A stretch of 64,000 bases of DNA. Source: Octopus vulgaris (Eukaryota). This document shows, piece by piece, positions 51,826 through 64,000 of the stretch. The stretch's first letter is position 1; each line of letters opens with the position of its first letter. Made by a program: the position numbers and the translations under genes. The notes beneath the pieces were generated by a model. The model ran no database searches, was not told where the DNA came from, and saw only the letters and a program-made list of their open reading frames with translations. Location: positions 160,332,001-160,396,000 of the forward strand of contig OX597816.1 in the NCBI GenBank assembly GCA_951406725.2. The letters run 5' to 3'.

Positions 51826-52300
51826 AAAAACAGCTGTTAAATGAAACTTTACTCTCTCCAATACCGCTGCAAGCGATACATCATTTGCACGATGTGGAGA
51901 ATATACCACCAGCATTGCCCAAACGACCTCAACATAAGCTTTAAAAGCTAGGACCACGGGTCATACATCCCATACCCAATTCAGGATCACAACACATAAA
52001 TACACTGCAACACAGTTTCTTTTCCTCAGCAGGTCCTGCCCTATTTAACATTGTCCCGAAACAGATCAAAGAGGAAAAAGGATCCCATTACCTTTAAATG
52101 GAATCTGGACAAATTTCTTCAAGGAGTACAACCAGAGAAGCCACCCGTACCTGGATGCAACTCTCTCAACAAGAACTCCCTAGTCAAGTGGACCATGATG
52201 CCACAAAACTTCGCTTAAAAAGGATTTAGGTAATCCTATCAGGTGGTGGTGCAATTAAGTTAGACATGGCCTGGACCAATCTTTGGTTGAAACATCTGTT
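51826..52300 (+). pseudogene. CR1/Jockey-group LINE 3' end
   Basis: KLYSLQYRCKRYII..WRI..PND, GPALFNIVP..FKWNLDKFL..P..PG..NSL motifs with frameshifts. Confidence 0.8.
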
Positions 52301-52499
52301 TTATCTAAGTTTTATACACAAATGTATGTGCATGTGTATATGAATGTGTGCAGTGCATGTAAGTGTTTATGTGTGTGAGCTGTGTGTGTGTACATTATAT
52401 ATGCCATGTATGGTTGTTTTATAAGGTAAAGTGTATTGCTTTATACAGATTTGTGGAAGTATTTTACATAAGTATTTTCTCACAAAAATATGGGGTCAG

Positions 52500-52945
52500 G
52501 ATTGGCCGTGTGGTTAAGGAAGTCGGCACTGTAACCTCATGGTTTCAGTTTCAATCCCACTGTCTGGTATGATGAGCAAGTATCAGCTGTTATAGCTTCA
52601 GGACATCAGTGCTTTGCAAATGGGAATGGTGGACAATATTGTAAGGAAGCTCTTTGTGTGTATGTCTTTCAGATGACTGAAACAAGTAAAAGAATTATTA
52701 TTATTGTTATTATTATTGATAAGCTGGCTTAAGGCGGCAAGCTGGCAGAATCGTTAGCAAACTGTGCAAAATGCTTAGCAGCATTTTGTCTGTATTTATG
52801 TTCTGAGTTCAAATTCTGCTGAGGTCGACTTTGCTTACTATCCGTTTGTGGGGTTGATAAAATAAGTCTCAGTTGAACACTGGGGCCAATGAAATTGATT
52901 TATCCCTTCCCTTTGTGCCGAAATTCAAAATCATTATTATTATTG
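52500..52945 (+). mobile_element. Decayed SINE-B (52500-52695) followed by SINE-A (52732-52945)
   Basis: Heads, B boxes and (ATT)n tail. Confidence 0.75.
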
Positions 52946-53531
52946 TTATGAGGAATGTGGCACTATTATTCCCTATTCAAGTGTTAATATAATGAACGTT
53001 GGTAATATTTTGTGGAGAGATGGGAGGCGGTAAAAGAGTTAGGGAGGAGGCGTTCAAATTATCCATCCATTTCCTCATTTTTCTTTTTTTACAAAACTGT
53101 TCTTACATCTATATATTACATGTAGATAGATGTATGAATATCATTAGTGTGTGCATGTATAAATATACATATACACACACATATACATCTATCTATCTAT
53201 ATATATATATATATATATACACACTCACACATACATACATGCATGTGTGTGCATAATGTATACATGTGTGTGTGTGCAAGTGTGTATGTGTATATATATA
53301 AATATATATATATAATGTTTTATCTTGGGAGGATCATTTGGATGTATACACACACATATATATATTCAAACACACACACATGCATATTCATATCACATAC
53401 AAGGTAAGCCGCTATCCTAACATTTTGCTGAGATATTTATATAAAATGTCATCAACCTACATTTTTGTCTGTTTCAGAACATCCTCCGCTTCCATCTCTC
53501 CACTCTAATGAATGGAATCGGCTGTCTGCTC

Positions 53532-54050
53532 ACTACTACTACTACTACTACCACCACCACCAACACTACCAACACCAGTACTACTACACTACCACCACCA
53601 CTACTACTACCACCACCACTAACACTACAACCAGCACTACTACTACTACCACCACCACCACCACTACTACTAGCACCATCACCACCAACACTACCAACAC
53701 CAGTACTACTACTACTACTACACCACCACCACCACCTCTACTACTACCACCACCACCACCACCAGTACTACTACACTACCACCACCACTAACACTACAAC
53801 CAGCACTACGACTACTACCACCACCACCACCAATACTACTAGCACCATCACCACCAACACTACCAACAGCAGTACTACTACTACACCACCACCACCTCTA
53901 CTACTACCACCACCACCACCACCAACACTACTAACATTACCACCACTACAATGAACACTACTACTACTACTACCACTAATACCACCACTACTACTACCAC
54001 CACCACCATCACTAATACCACCACCACCACCACCACTACTGCTACTACTT
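53532..54050. repeat. (ACT)n/(ACC)n repeat with a ~170-bp internal duplication
   Basis: TAACACTACAACCAGCACTAC occurs near 53620 and 53789. Confidence 0.9.
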
Positions 54051-54268
54051 GTTGCTTTCCTGTTGTACAAGACGATCATTGAACAGAAGAGACATGCTAC
54101 TGATGTAAAGATGTCTGCTGGTGGCGGTGGGGGAAGGGCGAGAGAGAGAGAATCTTGAGGAAATTGTGCTAAGATCTATGAACGGGGGGTGGCGGGGGTG
54201 CTTGACTGGCTTTGCTCTCTTAAGATCAGTGTTTATAGGCTGACGCCACAAACTTCCACTAGGTGGTG
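54045..54268 (-). other. Candidate terminal coding exon, unknown product
   Basis: Acceptor TTTCTCTGCAACCAG, then 73 open codons to TAG; GC-richer non-repetitive sequence; no recognisable homology. Confidence 0.22.
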
Positions 54269-54424
54269 CTGGTTGCAGAGAAACGTGTGTTTGTTGTTGT
54301 TAAGAAGTGTGACACACACACACACACACACTCACAGCACACCTACAACCTTTTAGTCTGTTTTTCGGGGTCATCTTATATTAAGATGTTCATACATAGA
54401 AAAGTGAGTATGTATTGTGTTTAT

Positions 54425-54463
<39 letters not shown>

Positions 54464-55102
54464 TTCTCTCTCTCTCTCTCTCTCTTGCACATACACATGC
54501 ACACAAACATGTGCACACACACACAAACATGTGCACACACACACAAGCACGCACATATTTTTACATAGAAATACATATGTGTGTGTGTGTGTGTGTGGAA
54601 GTGTGTGTGCACATGCATGTGTGAAAATTGTGTGTTTGAACGTATGTGTATGTATATATGTCCTTGCATATGTGTGTATGTCTATATATCTGGGTTATAC
54701 ATATATGTGTATATATACACACACATATGCACACATACACACATGTGTATGTTTGTATGTATATCCCATAATGTTAAGGATGGAAGTGATAGTCATAACA
54801 ACAGAATGCTAATGCTAAAATAAACATACAAGCAACATACACGAGTCAGAAAGAAAAATAAACACCTGACAACGAAAATTCAAGTTCCAGCAGTAATCTA
54901 TACACCAGTCACATTGGGTTTTTACCCACTGCTATAAAGAGGCTGCAACATATGCCAACTTCACTTCATCCTGAAGACGAGACTGTGAGTGTTCATTCAG
55001 AAACATAGATGTTGCAGTAAAGACCTTTACTGCAAGGAGTTTGTGCATTAATATGAATAAGACCTTGGAAAGAAAAATGAAGCTAAAACACTGTAATTAC
55101 AT

Positions 55103-55159
<57 letters not shown>

Positions 55160-55160
<1 letters not shown>

Positions 55161-55535
55161 TTTATTTTTTATCTTTTACTTGCTTCAGTCATTAGACTGC
55201 AGCCATGTTGGGGCCCAACCTTGAAGAATTCTTTAGTTGAATGAATTGCCCTAATACTTATCTTTTTAATGCCCGATACTTATTCTGTTAGTTGTCTTCA
55301 CTGCCATGTTACAGAAATGAAAACACACCAACATCAGTTGTGAAGCAGTAGTTTTGGGACAAACACAGACCCCCCCCCAATCACACACACACACACACAC
55401 AAAGGGCTTCTTTCAGTTTCTACTTACCAAATCCACTCACAAGGCTTTGGTTGGTCCAGGGCTATAGCACAAGACACTTGCCCAAGGTAACATGCAATGT
55501 AGTTGGGAAACAAACTCCTTGCCACACAGCCACAT
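55160..55535 (-). mobile_element. SINE-B
   Basis: Colinear match to other copies. Confidence 0.8.
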
Positions 55536-56521
55536 ATATACATTATGGACTCTCTCATCATTTTGACAAATGAGGGTTCAGCAAAGCCTAGCCCCATTCT
55601 GTGGACTTATGGCCATCTGTGTGTAAGATCAAAGCTGAAGTTTTTTAGTAATATCATCTATCTATTCCCCATTGACTCTTTCCTCGTTGCCATTGGACTT
55701 ATGAAGAGAATGTGATGTTGTTAGCGCTGGTGTTTTGATTTGTTGAACAACCTTCAGGATGAATATTATTATAGTGGTCATGATCTGTGCAGAGCCAGTC
55801 CTGCTGTCATCCTTCAAACTTGTATTAGTCTGGTACAGCAAGTGCCACAAGCACAGTAGTTAACAGGATGCAGAATTTGTATGGAGTTGTCTTCTCTTAG
55901 ATGAACACCTAAAGAGCTGATGGGCCTCATTTGGATCTGTTGGCTCATTTGTGAGTGACTTCTTCTATATATATATATATAATAATATTAGGGAGTATAA
56001 CTCCAAACTTACAGGGAAAAATTCAAATTAGTATTAAATCAAATCACAGTATAAATATATAAAATATAAATTTTATACATTGATCATTAATTTTATACTT
56101 TTTGAGATCTAGTTATAAGATATATGTTTTATAAAAATATATATTATTTGTTATTTATGTATTGGTTCATGTCTATCACTGTTTGAGTTGCATAATAGTG
56201 GTTTTATCTCCAATTTATATATATATATATTAATATATTAATTTGAAAGAGACAGGTTCCAAGGTCAATAATATTCCTCATCAAAGCCGACACATCTAAA
56301 CACAGAGCACATATATAAACCATTATAAGCAGGTGAACACATAACATACAAAAACATATATATACATATAATAGTGTAATTCTGTGCCCAAATCAAAGTT
56401 GGATAAGTAATTGCATAAATATATTGATAAATTAAGAAGTCCAAGCTGATGAGATAACAGTTCATAATAATCCAAAAGAAAAGTTCTTAAATGAATCCAA
56501 TAAATAGAAAGAACATATATA

Positions 56522-57335
56522 TCATCATCATCATCATTGTTTAACATCTGCTTTCCATGCTGGCATGGATTGGACAGTTTGACTGAAGACTGGCAAGCCA
56601 GTAGGCTGCACGTGGCTCCAACCTGATTTGGCAAGGTTTCTACGGCTGGGTGCCCTTCCTAATGTGAACAATTCCAAGAATTCCAAGAATGCCAAGCATT
56701 TTCCCTATCATTCTGATGATTCTGTCAGCTTGCCACCTTTATAATAATAATAATAATAATAATGATAATCCTTTCTATTATAGACACAAGGCCTGAAGTT
56801 TCAGGTTGGGAGGGATAGTTGATTACATCAACCCTGGTACTCAACTGGTACTTAATTTGTCGACCTTGGTGGAATTTGAACTCAGAACATAGCGACGGGC
56901 AAAATTAATGATAACAATGATAATGGTTTCAAATTTTGGCATAAGGCCACCAATTTCATGGGAGGGTAAAAGTCAATTACATCGACCCCAGTACTCAACT
57001 GGTATTTATTTTATTGACCTCCTGAGGATGAAAGGCAAAGCCAACCTCAGCAGAATTTGAACTCAGAATGCCAAGATGGATGAAATGCCACTAAGCATTT
57101 TGCCCAGCCTGCTAATAATTCTGCCAGTTCACTGCCTTAATAATAATAATAATAATGATGATAATCCTTTCTACTATAGGTACAAGGCCTGAAATTTGTG
57201 GGTAAGTCGATTACATTGACCTCAGGGTTCTCTTGACCTTGAAAGGATGAACAGCTAAGTCAACCTCAGCAGCATTTAAACTCAGAACATAAAGACGGAT
57301 TAAATGCCACTTAACACTTCACCCAGTATGCAACT
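56522..57335 (-). mobile_element. Element D fragment (56522-56680) and head-to-tail array of SINE-A monomers linked by (TAA)n
   Basis: Three B-box blocks (near 56875, 57055, 57275) and repeated AAGGCC tails. Confidence 0.8.
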
Positions 57336-57346
57336 GTAACAGTAAT

Positions 57347-57706
57347 AACAAGAGCACTCAGAGAGCGAAAACCTCTGCCAAGGCAACACCAATGTCCTCT
57401 CAATGATTAGCTGGAGATGATTTTTAAAATGAGAATATCTGAAACAAACTTGACTGCTTTTACAAACGAGAATACTAAAAATGAACCTGACCACTCTAAA
57501 AAATTAAGTAAAAAAAAACAGGAAAAGTAATCCAGAATCCTTGTCCAGTACTGGATCGATCCCAAAATCTAATCAGTTTGTGCCAGTCACAAGGCCAAAC
57601 ATCCGTGGAAGTTTCATCTGAATCATTGCAGCTATTTTTGTGATATCTTGTAAACAAACAAACATGATTGAAAACAATACCTCCGCCTTTGCTAAAGCGG
57701 AGGTAA
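57347..57706 (-). mobile_element. Helentron-associated (HINE / DINE-1-like) non-autonomous element
   Basis: Minus strand: TTACCTCCGCTTTAGCAAAGGCGGAGGTA hairpin, (TGTT)n, subterminal CCTTGGCAGAGGT and short palindrome GCTCTCTGAGTGC; TT ends. Confidence 0.78.
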
Positions 57707-58619
57707 TAATAATGATTGTTGTTGTTATCAAGCCCTTAGTCAATTCTGATCCAGCAGACATATGACTGAAGGCATTCCACCCATGACCATCTCATCTTTT
57801 TGTTCAGATACATGGTATCTCGAGCTACATTATCTAATGTGTCCTTCCTGTTTCATTTTTCTTTGGTAGTGTGATTTGAGGGAAAGTTTGTTGCTATTTC
57901 TAGCATATAAAGCAATTATATAAAGGCTTCCTTGTTGAAATTCATCTCGATGGCATCCAACTGTGATTCATGGGGAACAATGGACAGAAAAATATATAGT
58001 ACTATAACAGAAATATCAATATCAGTAGTAGTAGCAGCAGTACTTGTTGTAGTAGTAGTAGTAGTAGTAGTGTGTATGTTTAGGGATTGTTTCAATTGCC
58101 TCTTCTCCAGCCCTTTACTATTCAATATAAGATTAATTTCCATTTGATTCAGCAAAGGGCCCTGTCTTCCTGCCGCTCCTTGTGGCATTGATAGGGGGTG
58201 AGGACATGTTTAATTAAGTTGGCCTTTATGTATTACACTGTTTGTTTTATCAACAGCAAAATCAGCTCCTTGCACAATTTGATCTCACAAAGATTAGGAT
58301 TTGTTTATGCTGGCCCCTCTCCCTTTTCCCAAAAGTAATACCATACTATACAAACTAGTCTAAGGCTTGTTTAATCAATTCAACCACCCTCTTTCTTATT
58401 CTATCACCCTCTCTGTCCAAGTGTGATCCCTCCTGTGTTGGTTTAAGGGCTGCTTTATCAGACCCACCAGCTCAAATATGTAAATAATACTGTATTATAT
58501 AACCTATGTTTAGCAAATTATTTTTAGATCCCCATATGCCAAGATTTGAGCTAGACATATTGGTATCTTCTTCAGTTCTTGGAGTCATTTAAGCCATTAA
58601 TAGCTGTGACCTTCAATTC

Positions 58620-58835
58620 TCTTTTATCTTTTACTTTTTCACTTATTGCACTGTGGCCATTCTGGAGCAGAGCCTTGGAGAATTTTAATTGAACGAATCA
58701 GCCCCATGACTTACTTTATTTTAAGCCTGATACTTATTCTATCAGTTTCTTTTGCTGAACTGCTAAGTTACAAGGGCATAAACACATCAGCATTATTCAA
58801 GCGATGTTGGGGTACCAACACAGCCACAAAGACAT
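58620..58835 (-). mobile_element. SINE-B 3' half
   Basis: Tail and body match other copies. Confidence 0.75.
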
Positions 58836-59341
58836 ACATACACACATACATATATATTTATGTGTGTGTGTATACGTAAATGTAGAATGATGAAATGAGT
58901 GCTCAACACCACATTGGTAGATATATAATTTTTTTATATGAAGAATATATATATATACTTTATTACTAAAGCTGCAAAACCATCACAAAAATGTCGCAAA
59001 AAACTGCTACTCAGAGTTTCATGTTCCTGTTCATTGGGCAATCGTGATCCAGAAATTTTTTGCAGATTTGATGATTATATACCTCCAGTATTCAGTGATG
59101 ATGATGATGATATATATATATCGCCATGATTGATTGCTATCCACTACACATTCTTTATTTTCTCTCCTTGTTTCTTTCTGTGGAAGAACGTAGGTTTGAG
59201 ATGTTAAAGACTTTTTCACTTCCTGAGTGTTATACTAATACATCTGTTTTTTGTCTACACAACCTGTCTTCATCTTTTGTTTTTTTTTGGTGAATCTCCC
59301 CCTATATATATATATATATATATATATAAATATATATAAAT

Positions 59342-59569
59342 AACCGTTAAGTTCACTTCAACATTTAAATTTAATTTGTCAAAATATTATCATTACTTTG
59401 AGACCATCCTGCTTGGAATTTTGCCAGTGTACAGGTCGTCATCTCAAAGTAATGAAAATATTTTGACAAATTGAATTTAAACATTGAAGTGGATCTCTCC
59501 ACACTCAATTGTTTTTATTTCAGCACATGATCTCAGATCAGGTCACTTGCTATGCAAGTACATCTCCAT
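59342..59569. mobile_element. Fold-back MITE with TA-flanked end ..GCAAGTACATCTCCA|TA
   Basis: CACTTCAACATTTAAATTTAATTTGTCAAAATATT is mirrored internally; same family as 36306-36500. Confidence 0.75.
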
Positions 59570-59584
59570 AATATATATATATAT

Positions 59585-60172
59585 CTGTGTCTATATGTTT
59601 ACATCTCCATAACTTAGTGGTTCAATAAAAGAGACTGATAGAACAAGTAGCAGGCTTAAAAAAGAAAAAGTAAGTACTAGGGTCCATTCCTTCAACAAAA
59701 AATTCTACAAGGTAGTGCTCCAGCCCAATGATTGCAACAAATAAATGATAAAAGATAGGTGCAGGCGTTGCTATGTAGTTTGCTTCCCAATCTCATAGTT
59801 TTGGGTTCAGTCCTGTTGCATGGCAGCACAGCACCTTGAGTAAGTGGTGTCTTCTACTAATAGCCTTGGGCTAACCAAAACCTTGAGAGTGGATTTAGTA
59901 GATGGAAACTAAAAGAAGCCCATCATATACATACATATACTTGTATATGTGTATGTGCATGTCTTTGGCATCTCTGCTTGTCCCCCTGTGCAACTGTGTT
60001 GGTATGTTTACATCCCTGTAACTTAGCAGTTTAGCAAAAGCGACCAATAAAATAAGTAACCAGGCTTCAAAAAAAGAAAAAAATTCTAGGTTCGATTCAT
60101 TCAATTAAAATTCTTCAGGGAAGTGCCCCAGCATGGCCACTGTCTCTTGACTGAAACAAGTAAAAGATAAAA
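59585..60172 (+). mobile_element. Tandem SINE-B (partial plus full)
   Basis: Same layout as 28930-29570. Confidence 0.8.
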
Positions 60173-60444
60173 GAGAGCAGAATTAATCATTCCTGTACAA
60201 TGTTTTGGTATTTTAATCTCTCTTCTCTCTATTAGCATTTCTACTTAACTGGTGGGACAATATTTTTTTTATCTTTCCACTCAGATGGAATCGGTATTCT
60301 TATCTTTCCTCTCAATTCAACAAATATTTTCTCCATTTTCACTTAATTCTAGGCTGGTATTTCTTACAAATTTTACTCCTCTTGTTTACACACAAACTTT
60401 TGTATATTTTGACATTTCTATTTTCTCATTAAATGAATAATTTT

Positions 60445-60659
60445 AAGGCAGCAAGCTGGCAGAATCGCTAGCATGCCAAACGAAATACTTAGCAGTATTT
60501 CGTCTGTCATCTAGTTCTGAGTTCAAATGCCACCAGGGTCAACTTTGCCATTCATCCTTTTGGGGTCAATAAATTAAGTACCAGTTGTGTACTGGGGTTG
60601 ATGTAATCGACTGCTTGTCCTCGCTCCAAATGTCAGGCCTTGTGCCTGTAGTAGAAAAG
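60445..60659 (+). mobile_element. SINE-A, short tail
   Basis: 17-bp TSD ATTAAATGAATAATTTT. Confidence 0.9.
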
Positions 60660-60789
60660 ATTAAATGAATAATTTTTACATTTTGTTCTCTTATTCAACT
60701 AATGACTCATAAATGTCCCCATCATTGTTACATTGATACAGTTTTTTTGTTTTTTTTCATCTCATTACGAAAAACCAGTTCAATGAAGG

Positions 60790-61025
60790 TAGAGGTGTGT
60801 GGCCTAGGGGTTAGGGTATTGGACTCATGATCGTAAGATTGTGGTTTCAATTCCTAGACTGCATTGTATTCTTGAGCAAAACACTTCATTTCACATTGCT
60901 CCAGTCCATTCAGCTGGTAACAATGAGTAACCCTGCGACAGACTGATTCCCTGTCCAGGGAGTAAATATATACGTGCCACAGAAACTGGGAAACCAGCCG
61001 TTGTAAGACCATAGAGAAGGACTCA
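60790..61025 (+). mobile_element. SINE-C, short form
   Basis: tRNA head plus CCCTGCGACAGACTG..TGTCCAGGG block. Confidence 0.8.
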
Positions 61026-61871
61026 TAAATGAAGGATGCTTTAGTTCAATGAAAGCCAGAAGATCAAAGCTTCGAAGTCACTGTCATCCTTGTTGTAAGG
61101 ATTTTATTAAACATGTATTCTAAAAAAAACGTATTCTGTAATTCTCCAGTTTAGTGTGAAATTGTTTTTGTCGTAACTTGACATAAAAATATGAATATGT
61201 ATATCTATCCATCCACCCACTCATCCATTTGTTCCACTCTCCTTCATCTTTACACACTTCCTCTTATCTTTGCGAACACACACACACACACACACACACG
61301 TGCATCTTTCTGATCTTTACACATGTCTTTCCTAATATTCCAGGAAGATGTCAAATATTAATTATTCTAGAATGTCAGTACTAAATATAGTAACCTTGAT
61401 GTTCAGCAGAGTATATTTTACTCTAAGTATCTTTTTGGTATTAATTATCTCTTCCTTCATCTAACTTTTTAGCCACGTAACATAATAGCAATCCCTTTCT
61501 CCTCGCTCTCACCTCTGACATTCCTCTTGCTCTCTTTCATTCTCTCCTTCTCTCTCTTCCCTTCAATTAACCACGTGAAGGGCATGGTAGCTCATTTGAA
61601 GTATTGTGAAATAATAAAGTAGAACGTAATGCACAAAATTTCTTACATTGTGAGGAGAGGATTAGAGATACATTAATTCTTTGCAGATTGCAGGTGAATT
61701 ACCCATCTACAGAGGGAAAACAGCAACAAATTACCACAAACTAGTAATCCCCTTCTGTTTTCTGTAGACAGGTGATTCCCCCAAAATATATAAACCATTA
61801 ATAAATCATTAATTCTCTCCTTGCATTGTAAGAAGCTCTCTGCATTTTTTCTTTCTTGAATATATAAATAT

Positions 61872-62312
61872 CATCATCATCATCGTTTAACGTCCGCTTT
61901 CCATGCTAGCATGGGTTGGACGATTTGACTGAGGGCTGGCAAACCAGATGGCTGCACCAGGCTTCAATCTTGTTCTGGCCGAGTTTCTACAGCTGTATGC
62001 CCTTCCTAACGCCAACCACTCTGAGAATGTAGTGGGTGATTTTATGTGCCACCAGCACGGGGCCAGTCAGGTGGTACTGGCAATGACCTCGCTTGAATCT
62101 TTTACACATGCCACTGGCACAGGTGCCAGTGAGGCGATGCTGGTAACGATCATGCTCGAATGGTGTCTTTTACGTGCCACCGGTATGGAGGCCAGATCAC
62201 ACTCTGGCAACGATCACGCTCGGATGGTGCTTTTAACACCCTACTAGCACGGGGCTCGAGTGCCAGTAAGGCGACGCTGGTAACGATCACACTCGAATGG
62301 TGCCTTTTATGT
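61872..62312 (-). mobile_element. Element D copy
   Basis: (CAT)n tail, conserved body and about 4 minisatellite units. Confidence 0.88.
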
Positions 62313-62430
62313 GATATATATATATATTTCGTTTTTGGTAGGATTGGAACCTTAGAGCACACAGTCAGAATCAATACTGTGAGGTTTTCTATCCAGTTCT
62401 CTGATGACTCTTTCAACTTGCTGTCATTAA

Positions 62431-62630
62431 ACCTTTTAGCTTTTAAACCAGCCATTTCCAGCCAATATATTTTTCTTGTTTTATGTTCAAACTGGCCAGA
62501 TCCAGCCTCTCACATCAATCCTTCAATGTCATTCAACAAATAAACAATCACATCACTGAAATCCCAAAGCTACAAAACAATGTGAAGAAATAAGCATTAT
62601 GTTTGACAGAATAATCTGAATGTTAAAGGG
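62431..62630. mobile_element. piggyBac-like MITE type I, uninterrupted
   Basis: TTAA|ACCTTTTAGC ... GTTAAAGGG|TTAA. Confidence 0.75.
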
Positions 62631-63437
62631 TTAAAGCTTGTCCTAAACCCCACTATTTTTCTGGTCCTAGCCAGTTGGTTGTGGCTGTTTTGTGGTATTC
62701 CCATCAAAATTCAAGCTCCAGGGAGAATCAAGCTCAATAACTTTCTGTGTCTTTTTCTATGTGAGATTATGAGACTGACTAATAACCTACTTCACTACTT
62801 GTGGTAGTAATAAATTTTGTTTTTCTTTGAATCCATGTACACATGGAATGGTTGATTGGACAAGGTTTTAAATTAACAACTCAATAATACTCTCAGTTAA
62901 ATCCCCAGTAGATATTTCATTATGAAATTTTCATCTGAACACAGAAAATCTGCCTCAACAAAATTAAGTCTAACTCATGCAAGCATAGAAAAGTGAATGT
63001 TAGGCAAAAACGATGATGAGGGTGGTAGTGGTAGCGGCAGTGGTGGTGGTGGTGGTGTTGTTGTTGTTGTTGTTGATGGTGATGGTGGTGGTGCAGTTAT
63101 CTCTCTATGCACCAACTTGCCTCAGTATTGGGAATTAATATCGGATTTTCTTGGAATATTGCCTGAACAAAACTGGCACTATACCCAGAGGGAGTCTCAT
63201 TTCTCTCCCGCTCTCTACTGTGAATCCAAAGCTAAGAACCACTCCCCTAAATATCTCATGAGATACAGGAAATGTTTATATTCTAGTTCTAGTCCTTGAC
63301 ATTCTGAGTTCAAATCTTGATATCTCATTCTTCCAAAGTTGATAAAAAAAAAAGATATCAGTGAAATATTTAGGTTTCATTGCCTAGACCCTTCCTGCAA
63401 ATTTATGGCCCAGTAACACTGTTAGAAATCTGTATAA

Positions 63438-64000
63438 GGCACAGCATGACTTTGTGGTAAGAAGTTTGCTTTCAATCACATGGTTCCAGGTTCAGTCCCA
63501 CAGCATAGTACCTTGTGCAAATGTCATTTTCTATAGCCCCTGGCCAACCAAAGCCTTGTGGTTGGATTTGGTAGACTGAAGCAGAAAGTAGCCCATTGTA
63601 TATTTATATATATGTTTATATATGTATATAAATGTGTGTATGTCTTTGTCCCCTACCACTTCTTGACAAGTAGTGTTGGTGTGTTTGCATCCCTGTAACC
63701 TAGCAGTTAAGCAAAAGAAACCGATATAATTAGTACCAGGCTTTAAAAAATAAGTACAAGGGTTGATTTGTTCAACTACTATTCCAGATGGTGAGTGCCC
63801 CAGCATGACCACAATTTAATGACGAAAAAAGTAAAAAGAATAAAAGAAAAAAGAATATGCTTAAGTAACTGACAAAATGGAATCCAGGGAATTGCTTGAG
63901 TAAGAACCCTTCAAGCATCAGACAAAATGCCTAGTGGTATTACTTTTGCCTCTTTATGTCCTGAGTTCAAATTCTGCCAAGGTCAACTTTACTTTTCACC
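63438..64000 (+). mobile_element. SINE-B (63438-63855) and an old SINE-A running off the window end
   Basis: B boxes GGTTCAGTCCC and GAGTTCAAATTC. Confidence 0.8.

Noticed and set aside
53465-54079. Mucin-like Thr/Pro and Gly/Ser/Val ORFs
   Set aside because: Trinucleotide repeat with frame slips and no signal peptide or domain.
57916-58470. Enhancer-like or exon-like unique sequence
   Set aside because: Needs cross-species alignment; the ORF runs through a (TAG)n repeat.
63100-63290. Possible CR1-like RT remnant (LGINI..SW..HFSPA)
   Set aside because: Too degraded to support.

Overview
AT-rich, microsatellite-laden eukaryotic DNA whose repeat content (several tRNA-headed SINE families, a (GAT)n-tailed retroposon, many MITEs) closely resembles what I recognise from Octopus genomes. 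The species is inferred, not proven. I can support no intact host gene: nearly all long ORFs are translations of simple repeats or retroposons. Recognisable coding remnants are all decayed transposons: Tx1/L1 ORF2 (1-1400), mariner transposase (11.2-12.1 kb), RTE (33.9 kb, probably 22.1-22.5 kb), Penelope-like (41.4-41.8 kb), an internally deleted Tx1-like LINE with ORF1 and 3' end (45.1-47.2 kb) and a CR1-group 3' end (51.8-52.3 kb). SINE-A/B/C and element D are my working labels, and boundaries of old copies are approximate. The best lead is a putative SINE/Tx1 partnership. A SINE-A subfamily has a Tx1-like 3' tail, makes 14-18 bp target duplications starting with GGTA, and so keeps inserting into its own family. 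Other leads are a propagated SINE dimer, decayed hammerhead-like motifs and a few weak exon candidates.
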